Shown here: positions 27,716-37,955 of the stretch, one piece after another
Layout: each line of letters starts with the position of its first letter
How positions within the stretch are numbered: the stretch's first letter is position 1
Source: Candidatus Latescibacterota bacterium
GTDB lineage: Bacteria; Latescibacterota; UBA2968; GCA-2709665
Reading direction: 5' to 3'
Assembly (NCBI GenBank): GCA_965237675.1
Contig: OZ250150.1
Location: forward strand, 1-64,000
Length of the DNA: 64,000 nt
The notes under the pieces: generated by a model
Databases searched by the model: none
The model's input: only the letters and a program-made list of their open reading frames with translations
What the model was told of the DNA's origin: nothing
Program-made: the position numbers and the translations under genes

Positions 27716-29824
27716 ATGCCACCAAAAATCAGCCGCTCAAGAATGCGTTCCATCTCCAACAAGGACCTTTTCGCCGCAATCGACCTCAACGGGACACAGC
27801 TGAAACCCGTCCGCAAGGCCGTGAAAGCCGGAAAGTGGAAAGACGCCGACGCTGCCTGGGGCGATTACTTTTCCACGCGGAAAGAGCCCCTCAACATGGT
27901 TGCCCCCACCGGTGAAGAGCCGGACCCCCAATGCATTCGCGAAGCCGAACGCGTCGTCGCACACGAGATCCAGGGGTGGCACGACCTGACCTACAAATTC
28001 GGAAAGACGGTCGACTTCAACGCAAATTGGGGACGCTCAGGCATCTACGGCACCCACTACTGGGGGTGGTCCGAATGCCTGCGGGTCGCTTTCGGGCAAA
28101 CCGGCGATCCCCGCTACGTGGAATGTTTCGACGATCTGTTCAACCAGTGGTACGAACAGCGCAACAGCGTATGCAGCCCGGGCAACCACGACGTCATCTT
28201 CTACGAACTCGGGCTGGGTGGGCGCACACCCCGGTTTATCGACCACTACTTTGCATATCGGTCCACCGGCATCCTGCGGCCGATCACCCATCGGCGCCTG
28301 TTGAAATCCATTCTGGGCGCGGGCCGATGGCTCTATCTTCTGGAAAAAGACGGCGGCTATCGCAGCGGGAACTGGCAGATGTGCGGCTCGTGGGCCCTGG
28401 TCTACGCCGGGGGCCTCTTCCCGGAATTCAAGGAAGCCGGAAGCTGGGTCAAAATGGGCGTGGAACGGCTTCTGGAACACGTTGACAGAGACTTTTATAC
28501 CGATGGCTGCCACCACGAACGCGCCTCCGGATACGGGGCGTGGTGCACCCGCATCAGCGAGGATCTTCTGGCCTTCTCGGAACGCATCCCATCCATCAGG
28601 ATCGAAACCGACCTGCGGAGTCGCATCGTTCAGATGTACGACTGGTTTTTGTCCACCACGACCCCCCTGGGGGAATCGCAGGGTTTCAACGACGGCGGTT
28701 TCGGACCCCAGGACGCAATTTTCAAGCGTGGCGCTGAATTTACGGGAGATGGTCGTTATCTTTGGTCCGTACGCGACCGCGTCCGGGACGATTCGCATAT
28801 CCGACCAAAAAAACCCGGATACACGTCAATAGATATGCGTCCGTCGGGCTTTGCCGTGATGCGTTCGGACTGGGGTGCGGACGCCCGGTACCTGATTGTC
28901 AACTACGGTCCGTGGGGCGGCGGCCATACCCACAACGACCTGCTCGATTTCGCCCTTTACGCCCACGGAGAGCCGCTTGCCGTAGAGACCAATCGATGGG
29001 GGCCCTACGATAACCCTCTCGACCAGTATTTTCGCTCTCCCCAGGCCCACAACCAACTTGTGGTCAACGACGCCCCGATGGACCGCGTTCATCACCGGGG
29101 CGAGGACGTCGCCTGGGCGACTGGAAAGTCTCTGGATTATTTTCGCGCCATCCATCGGGCCTACGAGAAGCAATACGGCACCCGCATCGAACGCCGCATC
29201 ACGTTTCTCAAGCCCGATACCTTTCTCGTTTCCGACGCTGTCTTCGAAGGACCCCAGCACCACGCCTACACCTGGTACCTGCACGCTCCGACCAGGTGGA
29301 AAGGAAGCCGGGCCCGCGCACTCACCACCGGCCGCCCCGGACTCCAGGTCGTGCCCGCAAAGCCCTCGGAGATTCATCACCTCCGTCGAGGCACCTCCTA
29401 CGAAGCCAAAGACGGCACGCCCGGCAGCCACCCCAACCGCTACTGGATTGGCCTTCAGAAATGGGTGAGAGGGGAAGGCGCCAACGCCGTTGTGTACGAC
29501 ATCGCGCTGGTGCCCTTCAAGACAGAACCGGAGAACGTCGACGTTGCCCGGCGCACGGCGAGAATCGACGGCAAAATCTGCCGCCCTGAAGTCGCCCGCG
29601 GCGTCCGAATCCGTCGCGGCGACCGGATCGATCTCGTTGTTTACGGCGTGGAAGGCAAAACCATCGAATGCGATGGCCTTTCCTTCAGCGGAACGGTCTG
29701 CGTTCTATCCTTTCAGGATAAACGACCGGTCCATGTCGCAGTACTTGACGGCGGCAACGTCTCGTACAACGGATTGCCTCTGATTAGTACGAACCTTGCA
29801 GGTCTCACTGAGCGCGAATTGTAA
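27716..29824 (+). CDS. Heparinase II/III-like polysaccharide lyase
   Basis: GNWQ, DGCHHERASGY, SGFAVMRSDW, GHTHNDLL, AHNQLVVN; no clear signal peptide. Start uncertain (27716 or 27743). Confidence 0.82.
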   Translation: MPPKISRSRMRSISNKDLFAAIDLNGTQLKPVRKAVKAGKWKDADAAWGDYFSTRKEPLNMVAPTGEEPDPQCIREAERVVAHEIQGWHDLTYKFGKTVDFNANWGRSGIYGTHYWGWSECLRVAFGQTGDPRYVECFDDLFNQWYEQRNSVCSPGNHDVIFYELGLGGRTPRFIDHYFAYRSTGILRPITHRRLLKSILGAGRWLYLLEKDGGYRSGNWQMCGSWALVYAGGLFPEFKEAGSWVKMGVERLLEHVDRDFYTDGCHHERASGYGAWCTRISEDLLAFSERIPSIRIETDLRSRIVQMYDWFLSTTTPLGESQGFNDGGFGPQDAIFKRGAEFTGDGRYLWSVRDRVRDDSHIRPKKPGYTSIDMRPSGFAVMRSDWGADARYLIVNYGPWGGGHTHNDLLDFALYAHGEPLAVETNRWGPYDNPLDQYFRSPQAHNQLVVNDAPMDRVHHRGEDVAWATGKSLDYFRAIHRAYEKQYGTRIERRITFLKPDTFLVSDAVFEGPQHHAYTWYLHAPTRWKGSRARALTTGRPGLQVVPAKPSEIHHLRRGTSYEAKDGTPGSHPNRYWIGLQKWVRGEGANAVVYDIALVPFKTEPENVDVARRTARIDGKICRPEVARGVRIRRGDRIDLVVYGVEGKTIECDGLSFSGTVCVLSFQDKRPVHVAVLDGGNVSYNGLPLISTNLAGLTEREL

Positions 29825-29893
29825 CCACCATCCAGAACCGAAGTGCGATCCGGAAACGGATGGCAACGGACGTGAAACGACACCGGGACTCCC

Positions 29894-30904
29894 ATGTTCA
29901 GATTGGTACAGCTGATCCATCAAAAGGAAGGCCGGCGCATCGCCGCAATCGAAGGCGACGGCTGCCGTATGATTGACGGATACACGTCAATTCACGGCAT
30001 GGCGAGCTTCGTTCTGCAATACGGTAACCCCCTGTCTCCGGAAATTGAAACAAAGCTCGGAAGCGACTTTCAGGACTACGACGCCATCTACCACGGACGG
30101 TCCGAGTGGAAGCTTCTGCCCGCGTACGATCACCCGGGCGAACCCACCCGCTGCCTGGTGGCAGGCAGCGGGCTGACGCACCGGGCCAGCGTTGACAACC
30201 GCCAGGCCATGCACGAACAGGACGCGCCCGGCGAAACACAAATCACCGACAGCATGCGCATGTACCGGTGGGGTCTGCAGGGTGGCAAACCGGAGCCCGG
30301 AAACGTCGGCGTGCCCCCCGAGTGGTTCTACAAAGGAACCGGCGCCGTCCTCCGCGCGCACGGTGAACCCCTGGACGTGCCGGCCTTCGCCGGCGACGGA
30401 GGAGAAGAACCCGAAATCGCCGGGGCTTACATTGTCGATCCGGAAGGGAACCCCAGGCGCATCGGCCTCGCCGTGGGCAACGAATTCTCCGACCACGTCA
30501 CGGAAAAGAAGAACTATCTCTATCTGGCGCCCTCAAAACTACACACCTGCTCTCTCGGACCGGAACTCGTCCTCGATCAGGATTTTGAAGACGTAACGGG
30601 TGAAGTTTCGGTTGAACGAAACGGGAGCGCCATCTGGTCCCGAAGCATCGCAACCGGCCAGGCCAACATGGCCCACAGCCTGGCCAACCTGGAGCACCAC
30701 CACTTCAAGTACCCGCAGCACCGCCGCCCGGACGATGCCCACATCTATTTTCTGGGCGCGGATGCCTTCAGTTTCGGCGCCGGCATCGACCTGGAAGACG
30801 AAGACGTGATGGTGGTCTCCTGGAATGGCTTCGGCAGACCGTTGAAGAATCCGCTCCGAATCGAGAGCGACGAAGAAACCCTGATCCGGGTCGATTCGAT
30901 TTGA
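29894..30904 (+). CDS. GguC/AraD1-like fumarylacetoacetate hydrolase-family protein (sugar-acid catabolism)
   Basis: GSGLTH..S...R, PEWFYKG, DGGEEPEIAG, GNEFSDH..EKKNYLYLA.SKL, NLEHHHFKY. Confidence 0.85.
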   Translation: MFRLVQLIHQKEGRRIAAIEGDGCRMIDGYTSIHGMASFVLQYGNPLSPEIETKLGSDFQDYDAIYHGRSEWKLLPAYDHPGEPTRCLVAGSGLTHRASVDNRQAMHEQDAPGETQITDSMRMYRWGLQGGKPEPGNVGVPPEWFYKGTGAVLRAHGEPLDVPAFAGDGGEEPEIAGAYIVDPEGNPRRIGLAVGNEFSDHVTEKKNYLYLAPSKLHTCSLGPELVLDQDFEDVTGEVSVERNGSAIWSRSIATGQANMAHSLANLEHHHFKYPQHRRPDDAHIYFLGADAFSFGAGIDLEDEDVMVVSWNGFGRPLKNPLRIESDEETLIRVDSI

Positions 30905-30990
30905 ACGACGGAGGCCGAGCGTGACATTTACGACAACCGCGGGATCGCGGACGGGATCCGTACGCGATCCCGATCCGAAGGACAGTACCT

Positions 30991-31836
30991 ATGATTATCG
31001 ACGTACACGCCCACGTTTTCCGGTATCCCCAACACTTCACTGAGCAGTTCCAACGCCAGGCCATGCGGGCCCGGGGCGACGCGGAAATTGACCTCTCAGC
31101 CAGCTACGAAGCATACCGCGCACAGGCAGGCGAGCACGTGCGCACGATTGTCTTCGGCGGCAAGGCCAGACTGAGCGGTATGTGGATAGACGACCGCTAC
31201 GTGGCGGACCGCGTGGCTGAAAACCCGGATACGCTTATCGGCTTCCTATCGGTCGACCCCACCCAGGGGGCCTGGCAGGACGAATTGAGAGAAGGTCACC
31301 GGGACCTCGGCCTCAAAGGGATAAAATTACTCTCCATGTACGCCGGCTTCAGACCGGACGACGCAGCGCTTGACCCGCTCTGGCGTTACGCTCAGGAACA
31401 CGGCCTGCCCGTACTTCTTCATACCGGCACCACCTTTGTCGCCCAGGCGCCCCTGGAATGTACGCTTCCCCGCCACCTGGATCCGATCGCCATTCGTTTT
31501 CCCGATGTCAAGATCATCCTGGCGCATCTGGGGCATCCTTACGAAGGCGAATGCGTTGCGGTAATCCGAAAACACCCCAACGTCTACGCCGACATCAGCG
31601 CCCTTCACTATCGTCCCTTCCAACTTTACCACAGCCTGATGCTGGTGCAGGAATACGGTGTCTGGGACAAACTGCTCTTTGGCACCGACTATCCCTTTAC
31701 GACCATCGACGCCTCGCTTTCCGGCCTTCGAAGTTTGAACGCCATGCTTGAAGGCACCGCACTGCCGCGCCTGGACGCGGACGAAATCGAATCGGTGATC
31801 TATCGGGACAGCCTCTCAATCCTGAACCTGGAGTAA
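30991..31836 (+). CDS. Amidohydrolase_2 family metallohydrolase
   Basis: IIDVHAH, PVLLHTG, ILAHLGHP, NVYADIS, LLFGTDYP. Confidence 0.88.
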   Translation: MIIDVHAHVFRYPQHFTEQFQRQAMRARGDAEIDLSASYEAYRAQAGEHVRTIVFGGKARLSGMWIDDRYVADRVAENPDTLIGFLSVDPTQGAWQDELREGHRDLGLKGIKLLSMYAGFRPDDAALDPLWRYAQEHGLPVLLHTGTTFVAQAPLECTLPRHLDPIAIRFPDVKIILAHLGHPYEGECVAVIRKHPNVYADISALHYRPFQLYHSLMLVQEYGVWDKLLFGTDYPFTTIDASLSGLRSLNAMLEGTALPRLDADEIESVIYRDSLSILNLE

Positions 31837-31840
31837 GCCA

Positions 31841-32737
31841 ATTCGCATCGACGCTCACATGCACGTCAACTACGCGTGGATGGATACCGCGGGTCTCGTC
31901 GCCGAGATGGACGCCTATGGTATCGACGTCACGTGGCTGCTCACGTGGTACCTTCCGCCAGGACAGGAAGCGCCGCGTTTCGGCGGCGGATTCAGCCCGC
32001 TCAACTTCCGTCCGGACGGCACCCACGCCGGCGCGACTCTCGATCATATTCTCGCTGCGCGCGACAGGTATCCGCACCGGTTCATCGCCGGCTACTGCCC
32101 GTGTCCCTACGAGGGCCATGCCGCCGATCTCTTTGAAACCGCCTGGCGGATGCACGGCGTAAGGGTCTGCGGCGAATGGAGCTATCGCCTCCTGCTCGAC
32201 GACCCTCGCAGCATCCAGCTGTTCCGCCGCGCCGGTGAACTCGGCGCTCCCGTGGTGCTCCACATGGATGCGCCTTACCTGCCGGACAAAAAGGGCGTCC
32301 CGACGTATCAGGAAAGATGGTACGGAGGCGACATCCGGAACCTGGAACGCGCGCTGGAGGCATGTCCGGACACCGTCTTTATCGGCCACGCCCCCGGCTT
32401 CTGGCGATACATCAGCGGCGACGCGGCGACCTCGCCGGAATCCTATCCGCCGGGCCCGGTCGCCCCCGGCGGCAAACTCCATGTTCTGTTTGACAGCTAT
32501 CCCAACCTCTACGCGGACCTCTCTTCCGGATCCGGCCTGAACGCCCTTCGCCGCGACCCGGAGCACGCCCGCGACTTCCTCCTCCATCGCGCAGATCGTC
32601 TGCTTTACGGCCGCGACGGCAAGGGCAACGATCTCCAGGAATTCCTGCCCGCTCTGGACCTGCCCACGGACGTCCTGGAAAGGATCTATTACAAGAACGC
32701 CGCAACACTGGTGCCCACGGACTCCCTTCACAATTAA
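31841..32737 (+). CDS. Amidohydrolase_2 family metallohydrolase (probable ATT start at 31841)
   Basis: In-frame (I)RIDAH precedes the ATG at 31859 and completes DAHMH; also PVVLH, FIGHAP, NLYADLS, LYGRD. Confidence 0.8.
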   Translation: MRIDAHMHVNYAWMDTAGLVAEMDAYGIDVTWLLTWYLPPGQEAPRFGGGFSPLNFRPDGTHAGATLDHILAARDRYPHRFIAGYCPCPYEGHAADLFETAWRMHGVRVCGEWSYRLLLDDPRSIQLFRRAGELGAPVVLHMDAPYLPDKKGVPTYQERWYGGDIRNLERALEACPDTVFIGHAPGFWRYISGDAATSPESYPPGPVAPGGKLHVLFDSYPNLYADLSSGSGLNALRRDPEHARDFLLHRADRLLYGRDGKGNDLQEFLPALDLPTDVLERIYYKNAATLVPTDSLHN

Positions 32738-32771
32738 AAAGGCCGCCCGTTGGTTTGGGCGGCCTTTCTTT
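32738..32771. terminator. Probable bidirectional terminator
   Basis: AAAGGCCGCCC / GGGCGGCCTTT between convergent genes. Confidence 0.75.
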
Positions 32772-32844
32772 CCAGTGTCCTTGTACCTGTCGCCGGGTAT
32801 CCCCAGGTGAAGGTGTACAGGCGGCACCCTGCCGCGCCGCACGC

Positions 32845-33765
32845 TCACGTCCAGGCCGCGCGTCCGCTGACGTCCAGATCCAGCCGGTTTCCACGTTCGG
32901 GCAATGACACCCGGGCCCGGTAGGTTTTGGCGATCTCCGCTGCCGTTGCGGGAACCCATCCGCAGCCCTGCCGTTCACAGATTTCCCGCGCGGACGAAAC
33001 CACCCCCAGCAATGTCTCCCGCCGAAAATCCCGCGCATCGCCGTAGTCAAAAATATTGTGCGTCAGTGCCTTCAGAACCTTCACCGGAATCTCGTTTCCC
33101 GCCTCAACCTGCCGTTTGACATTCTTGTGAATGGTATACCAGTGATTCTTAGCGTCCACCAATTCAATGCGCAGATCCTGCGGGTGCGCCCCGCCCCACA
33201 TCCGCGACTCGACGTCCACCGTCGGCGGTATATCCACGAAATCCACGTCGCCCGCCAGGGACCGATTATACCGGTGCGGGTAGTGGATATCCAGCGGCGA
33301 ACCGCCCCACACGCAAGCGCATTGCGGCAGATTCCGTGTTGGCATCGACACGGTGCCGTGCGTGAAACCAAGTGCCTCCAGCGCGGGAAACGTATGGTCG
33401 TTGGCCGAGAAATAACCGGGCGTGAATACGGCCGGCGGCCGTCCCATGGCATCGGCGAACAGATCCACGCCTTCCTTCAGAATTGCCACCTGTTCCTCGA
33501 ACCCGTACACGCCCAGGAACTCTTCGTACCCCTGTTCCGCCGGATGGACATGCAAGCCCACCTCGTGGCCTTGAGCTTCGAGTTCGCGGTACGCTCCTGC
33601 GTGCACCCTCATGTCCGACGGGATCACCACAAACGTCCCCCTCACGCCGGTCTCTGAAAAGATATCTCCCAGTCCCCGAATCGACCGCTCGCCCAGCGCG
33701 GGGTCGTTAATCGTGCGTTGCGTGGATTCGCAATCGATCTGAACGTTGAAGAAAATTTCCGTCAC
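32845..33765 (-). CDS. Polysaccharide deacetylase-like protein
   Basis: QIDCES, RGTFVV, GHEVGLHVH, FTPGYFS (NodB-like motifs); GTG start. Confidence 0.75.
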   Translation of the reverse strand: MTEIFFNVQIDCESTQRTINDPALGERSIRGLGDIFSETGVRGTFVVIPSDMRVHAGAYRELEAQGHEVGLHVHPAEQGYEEFLGVYGFEEQVAILKEGVDLFADAMGRPPAVFTPGYFSANDHTFPALEALGFTHGTVSMPTRNLPQCACVWGGSPLDIHYPHRYNRSLAGDVDFVDIPPTVDVESRMWGGAHPQDLRIELVDAKNHWYTIHKNVKRQVEAGNEIPVKVLKALTHNIFDYGDARDFRRETLLGVVSSAREICERQGCGWVPATAAEIAKTYRARVSLPERGNRLDLDVSGRAAWT

Positions 33766-33805
33766 GGCTCTCCGACTCCTTGTCTATGGATGGCTTCCTC
33801 GAAAA

Positions 33806-35542
33806 TCACCCGACCCCCGCTCGTCCCTCGAACGCGGCAACTTCCTGGTATTCGCGTTCGACTGAATCGCCCACATTACGAAATACGGAAAGGCGCAGCG
33901 GCGCAGACGTCCTGCCTGCCAGCGTACTCCGTAGCGCGCTCCCTTCCACCGAGACTTCCTCCAGCCATACGCCGTCTTTTCCCTTCAGATAATGGCCAAT
34001 CTCGTCGTGGCTCGCATAGACCTTCTCAAACCCGTCCGTCAACGCATCGGTTCGACCCAGAATCCGGTCCCATTCGTCCATGGTAACGGCGTCGAACTTC
34101 TGCTCGTGGGTCACGATCTCCGCGTAGAATCCGGCGCGCAACCCGTGGCGAATCTGCAGGGCGGCGTTTCCCGCCGCCTTTTCGACATCGGTCCTTTCAT
34201 TCTCGCGCAAATAGGGGGTGCATCCCGTCAGAAAATCCTCCTGGTGACGGGCCAGCATGGCCGCAAACGCGAAAAAGTCGTGATCGTCCGGCAGATAATC
34301 GTAATAGCACGTCTGCAACCCGTACGGCCAGAACCCATCCTGCATGCACATATCGGCTTTGTGCAGCCCCGTCTGCAGGGCCGGGCAGAAAAACCGGTGG
34401 CCTCGCGCCTTCAGAAAGGGCAGCGCCCTCACTCCGTACTCCCCCCAGTGGAATCGCAGCGTCGCACCCGGATATGTCCCTACCCGCTTCCAGAACGCGT
34501 CCGCAAAGGCGAAGTTCGACTCCAGTTCTTCATGCGAGCACTCACCCTTTCCGAAATTGTAGATCAGCAGTTGATAATAATCCAGCGCGTGGCTGTTGTA
34601 GTGAATTTCCCCGCTCTGAATTCCGGCCCTGATTTTGGGAAACAGCCGTTCCGGTACGTTCCTGATAAACAGGGAGGGCATCGGTTTGTACCCATAGCGA
34701 CTCGCGATTTCGGCAAACGCGAAATCGTGCCGTCCCTCGCAATCGTCCCAGGACATCGTTACGAACGGAGGAATCATATTGGCGGCGAACGGCTTGCGGG
34801 CCGTCCACGTGATCGACCGCCAGAACAGATCGTCCAATCCGCGGGCATGCCCGAAGAACGCGTTCCGCCATACCCGGGAATTCAACGTGAACTGCACCGC
34901 CCGACCCGCTCCCCATTCCGTAGCGAACACCAGGGGATAGTTGCGCGGTTCGAACGCGCTCCACGGCGCCAGGTGCCGGATATAGATCAACTGCTCCTTT
35001 CCCAGTATCCCGTCGGCCAGCGTCATAACCGAATCGCCCCACTTTTCGGCGGCAATTGCCGTCACCATCCGGTCGAACGTGTGTAATTCACCAGGGGATT
35101 GCAGTTGGTTGATATAGTGCTTCCCATCCCCAATCCGCACCGTATCGGTAGCGTACGGATGCGGGTTGATCCGGTCGAACCCGAAAATCTCCAGTAGGGG
35201 ACCCTTATATGCCCTAAGGTCGTAGTCAAAATTGACCAGCCCTGCGCCGTTGTGAACCGCATTGGAAATCAGACCTGTCTCCGCGTCACTCAGACACGCG
35301 CCCAGCCCGTTCTGCGCCAGAACGATACCCGCGCACCGGCTCAAGGCTTCCGGCGTCGGCCGTTCCTCGGCCAGATCCAGCAACCGATAGGGCAACCCGA
35401 AATGCGCCAGCGCCACCAGAACCGTCTGGTCCACAATCATCCGTTCCCAGTACGGCCCCCCGCTGTCGATAACCACGAGCAATGCGCCGTTACCGGAAGT
35501 GGTACGCCGATCCCGCTGCACCCGTCCGTTGCCTGTAACCAT
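33806..35542 (-). CDS. Hypothetical protein (N-terminal alpha/beta domain plus deacetylase-like barrel)
   Basis: 578-aa ORF with SD GGAGGAG; VTMSWDDCEG, NSHAL and IVTHEQ resemble NodB/GH57-type barrel motifs. Confidence 0.6.
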   Translation of the reverse strand: MVTGNGRVQRDRRTTSGNGALLVVIDSGGPYWERMIVDQTVLVALAHFGLPYRLLDLAEERPTPEALSRCAGIVLAQNGLGACLSDAETGLISNAVHNGAGLVNFDYDLRAYKGPLLEIFGFDRINPHPYATDTVRIGDGKHYINQLQSPGELHTFDRMVTAIAAEKWGDSVMTLADGILGKEQLIYIRHLAPWSAFEPRNYPLVFATEWGAGRAVQFTLNSRVWRNAFFGHARGLDDLFWRSITWTARKPFAANMIPPFVTMSWDDCEGRHDFAFAEIASRYGYKPMPSLFIRNVPERLFPKIRAGIQSGEIHYNSHALDYYQLLIYNFGKGECSHEELESNFAFADAFWKRVGTYPGATLRFHWGEYGVRALPFLKARGHRFFCPALQTGLHKADMCMQDGFWPYGLQTCYYDYLPDDHDFFAFAAMLARHQEDFLTGCTPYLRENERTDVEKAAGNAALQIRHGLRAGFYAEIVTHEQKFDAVTMDEWDRILGRTDALTDGFEKVYASHDEIGHYLKGKDGVWLEEVSVEGSALRSTLAGRTSAPLRLSVFRNVGDSVEREYQEVAAFEGRAGVG

Positions 35543-35800
35543 TGTTGTCTCCTCCGTATTGGATCAATTGTTGCCGATAAAGTGTCTTGTTTCCGTAAAG
35601 ACAATGCTCATCCTGGATCAGGACAATATCAATTTCCCTTTTTCTATCCCGTCTATATATTAGACAAAACCGGAAGAGAATATACCAGGGTAGTATTCTG
35701 GAGAACGTACAGCAGATAAACGAATCCCGGCTAATTGACCTATCCGACCTGGCGTCGTGTCAATCCACGACCTCCTTCCCATTCCGAAAGGAGCAGAACT

Positions 35801-37102
35801 ATGTCATTCCAATTGCGAGAAGACCAGGCTTTTTCCACTTTCACAGTCAATGACGCCCAAGGCGAGTCGACAAAAGGCGACAGATCAACCAATAGCGGGA
35901 CGTCATGCGGAAATGCTTTGAAATGGGACCGGCTCCTTTACTCCCTCTTCGTGCCTTTGCTGATGTCTGCTGCATCGCTTTTCGGGCTGACGCGGCCTGC
36001 TGCGGCCGACGGTGTGGATTCCGTGGGGGCGCATCTCGGTTTTCTCTCTGAGAAGCCGAAGTCTCTGCCTTTGGACCTGCCGGTACTGCCCACGAGTCGC
36101 GGCGACGGGACAACGTCCTACACCGTCTCCGCCCCATACAGCGCCACGGGCGTCACGCTGGTCCTTTATAGCGTGCGTCGGTCGAAAGTCAAGGTGAAAC
36201 GGCGTAAGACGTCGGACGGCAAGAAGCTTGACCACAATGCCTGGTCTGGCAGGAAGCGTTCAAAGCGGTGGACCATTCTGTCGTTCGATGGACTCGGACC
36301 GGGGGAAAACGCGATTAAGTTCGAGGTGGAGCAGGGACGGAGAAAAGAGAAGACGAAAGTAAACTACGACGTTTCGGTTGCGCGAGCAACAACACCCGGA
36401 AGCGATGCCGGACTGACTGCGTTGGCGCTTTCCAAGACCAGTCTCACGCCCTCATTTGCGCCGGAAACGAAGACCTACCAGGCAGCGGTTCCCTACGCGA
36501 CAACCGGTGTAAAGTTAAACGTCGGGAGGAAGGAACCGGCAACGACGGTCCGGATACGGGGAACAGCGGCGGACGGATCCTCCCTGTTGGTGGACAGGAT
36601 GGACGTTTCCGGCCTGACCGTGGGCCGGAATACCCTGGAGATCGCAGCCACTGCCGAAGATGGAAAGGCGACGGAGCGATACAACATCACGCTGACCCGA
36701 ATTGCGCCGAGCCGGGATACGAAACTCACGGGCATGGCGCTGGCGGAGGGCAGGGCCGGCTTTTTAGGGGTGTCGTCGGAAAACTCGATACTGCGGCCGG
36801 CCTTTAACCGCAGCACGAGTTCGTACGAGGCGGCCGTCTCGGGGGCTGCGACGACCGTCACGATAACCATTTCCAACCCGAGCAATATGACTCACACCCA
36901 GAGCGGAACGACCGCAGACGGCACGCCTCTGGTGGTTCGGAACACCGGGATCAGCCTCACGATGGATGGCACGACCCGCAAGTCGGTGACATTCGATGGG
37001 CTGCAGGTCGGCAAGAACAGGATAGAGATCCGGGTAACGGCGGAGGATGGGGAGACGACCGGCACTTATGAAGTGACGGTGACGCGTGAGGCAGGACCGT
37101 AA
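35801..37102 (+). CDS. Cadherin-like beta-sandwich repeat protein
   Basis: Repeats DAGLTALAL..LTPSF....TY.A.V ... L.VG.N.IEI.VTAEDG...Y.VTVTR; one hydrophobic signal-like segment; SD GAAAGGAG before ATG 35801. Confidence 0.78.
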   Translation: MSFQLREDQAFSTFTVNDAQGESTKGDRSTNSGTSCGNALKWDRLLYSLFVPLLMSAASLFGLTRPAAADGVDSVGAHLGFLSEKPKSLPLDLPVLPTSRGDGTTSYTVSAPYSATGVTLVLYSVRRSKVKVKRRKTSDGKKLDHNAWSGRKRSKRWTILSFDGLGPGENAIKFEVEQGRRKEKTKVNYDVSVARATTPGSDAGLTALALSKTSLTPSFAPETKTYQAAVPYATTGVKLNVGRKEPATTVRIRGTAADGSSLLVDRMDVSGLTVGRNTLEIAATAEDGKATERYNITLTRIAPSRDTKLTGMALAEGRAGFLGVSSENSILRPAFNRSTSSYEAAVSGAATTVTITISNPSNMTHTQSGTTADGTPLVVRNTGISLTMDGTTRKSVTFDGLQVGKNRIEIRVTAEDGETTGTYEVTVTREAGP

Positions 37103-37124
37103 TCCGGCAGGGGCGCCTCCGTCA

Positions 37125-37165
37125 ACGATCACGTCAGACAGGTACGCTCGTGAGTCACGCGCCAT
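37125..37165 (-). pseudogene. N-terminal stub of a HEPN (DUF86/HepT-like) toxin
   Basis: The ATG at 37165 overlaps the MNT gene end and reads MARDSRAYLSDVI, a typical DUF86 start; it then runs into the convergent cadherin-like gene. Confidence 0.6.
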
Positions 37166-37463
37166 ACAGCAACTCCTTCGTCCGCTCAATATCGCGTGCG
37201 ATATAGCGGTTCTTTACTGCTCCTGCAACGACCAGATCCACCTGCTCCCCGAGTATGGCTCTCAGGTCATCCAGCAGACCGAAGTAGGCATCGACTCGAG
37301 CATAGGCTTCCATGGGGCCAAGTTCGACAAGGAGGTCCACGTCGCTCTGACCGTGATGGAAGTCTTCGCGCAGAGCCGATCCAAAGGCATCAAGCCGAGT
37401 TGCGCCATGGCGTTTGCAGGCTTTCGCGATCGCGTCGAGCTTGCTTTCGAGCATCTCTTTCAT
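37155..37463 (-). CDS. Minimal nucleotidyltransferase (MNT) antitoxin
   Basis: AFGSALREDF...SDVDLLV, VDLV, KNRY; SD GAGGTG before ATG 37463. Confidence 0.88.
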   Translation of the reverse strand: MKEMLESKLDAIAKACKRHGATRLDAFGSALREDFHHGQSDVDLLVELGPMEAYARVDAYFGLLDDLRAILGEQVDLVVAGAVKNRYIARDIERTKELLYGA

Positions 37464-37481
37464 CGGCACCTCAATTACAAT

Positions 37482-37562
37482 CCGATACTTGAACCCCAAG
37501 AGCCGACCCATCACGGCACGCTGGTGGGTAACATCAGGCCAATTTCGGCGGGTTCGGTACGC
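37482..37562 (-). pseudogene. Remnant of a second hicB-hicA junction
   Basis: ...EIGLMLPTSVP* / MGRLLGFKYR, compared with ...SIDLLVPVSVP* / MGRLSGFKYR at about 38655-38720. Confidence 0.8.
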
Positions 37563-37955
37563 TTACTTCAATGTATCTACATTCCCATCATCAAGTATCC
37601 TGGCATCCGCTGTCAACAATTGACAATTGTGTACTCTTGCAGTGGCAACAATAATCTGATCTGCTGGATCTTTGTGGAACTCAACAGGCAATCGCGTTGA
37701 CTCAATTGCAATTTGCGGGGTCAGATCGAGAAACCGAATTCCCGGATATGTGAGCGCATGATCCATCCACGCATCAACTGGACAAGGTAAGACGAGCCGC
37801 TTGTACTCAACTAATTTGGCAACTTCCCAACATGAAATCGCACTCACACCGAGACCTTGAGACTCATATTGATCCAGCCACGCCACTTGCAATGTGGTGA
37901 GGCGAGCGTCTCCGTGAACCCACCAGATCCAGATGTGCGTATCAAGCACAATCAT
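37563..37955 (-). CDS. vapC: VapC/PIN-domain toxin
   Basis: MIVLDTHIWIWW, SAISCWE, HKDPADQIIVATA, LLTAD; start overlaps the upstream stop (ATGA). Confidence 0.9.
   Translation of the reverse strand: MIVLDTHIWIWWVHGDARLTTLQVAWLDQYESQGLGVSAISCWEVAKLVEYKRLVLPCPVDAWMDHALTYPGIRFLDLTPQIAIESTRLPVEFHKDPADQIIVATARVHNCQLLTADARILDDGNVDTLK

Noticed and set aside
37155-37514. 119-aa ORF read as a HicA-MNT fusion protein
   Set aside because: The first residues come from a hicA relic that happens to be in frame; the MNT has its own SD and ATG at 37463.
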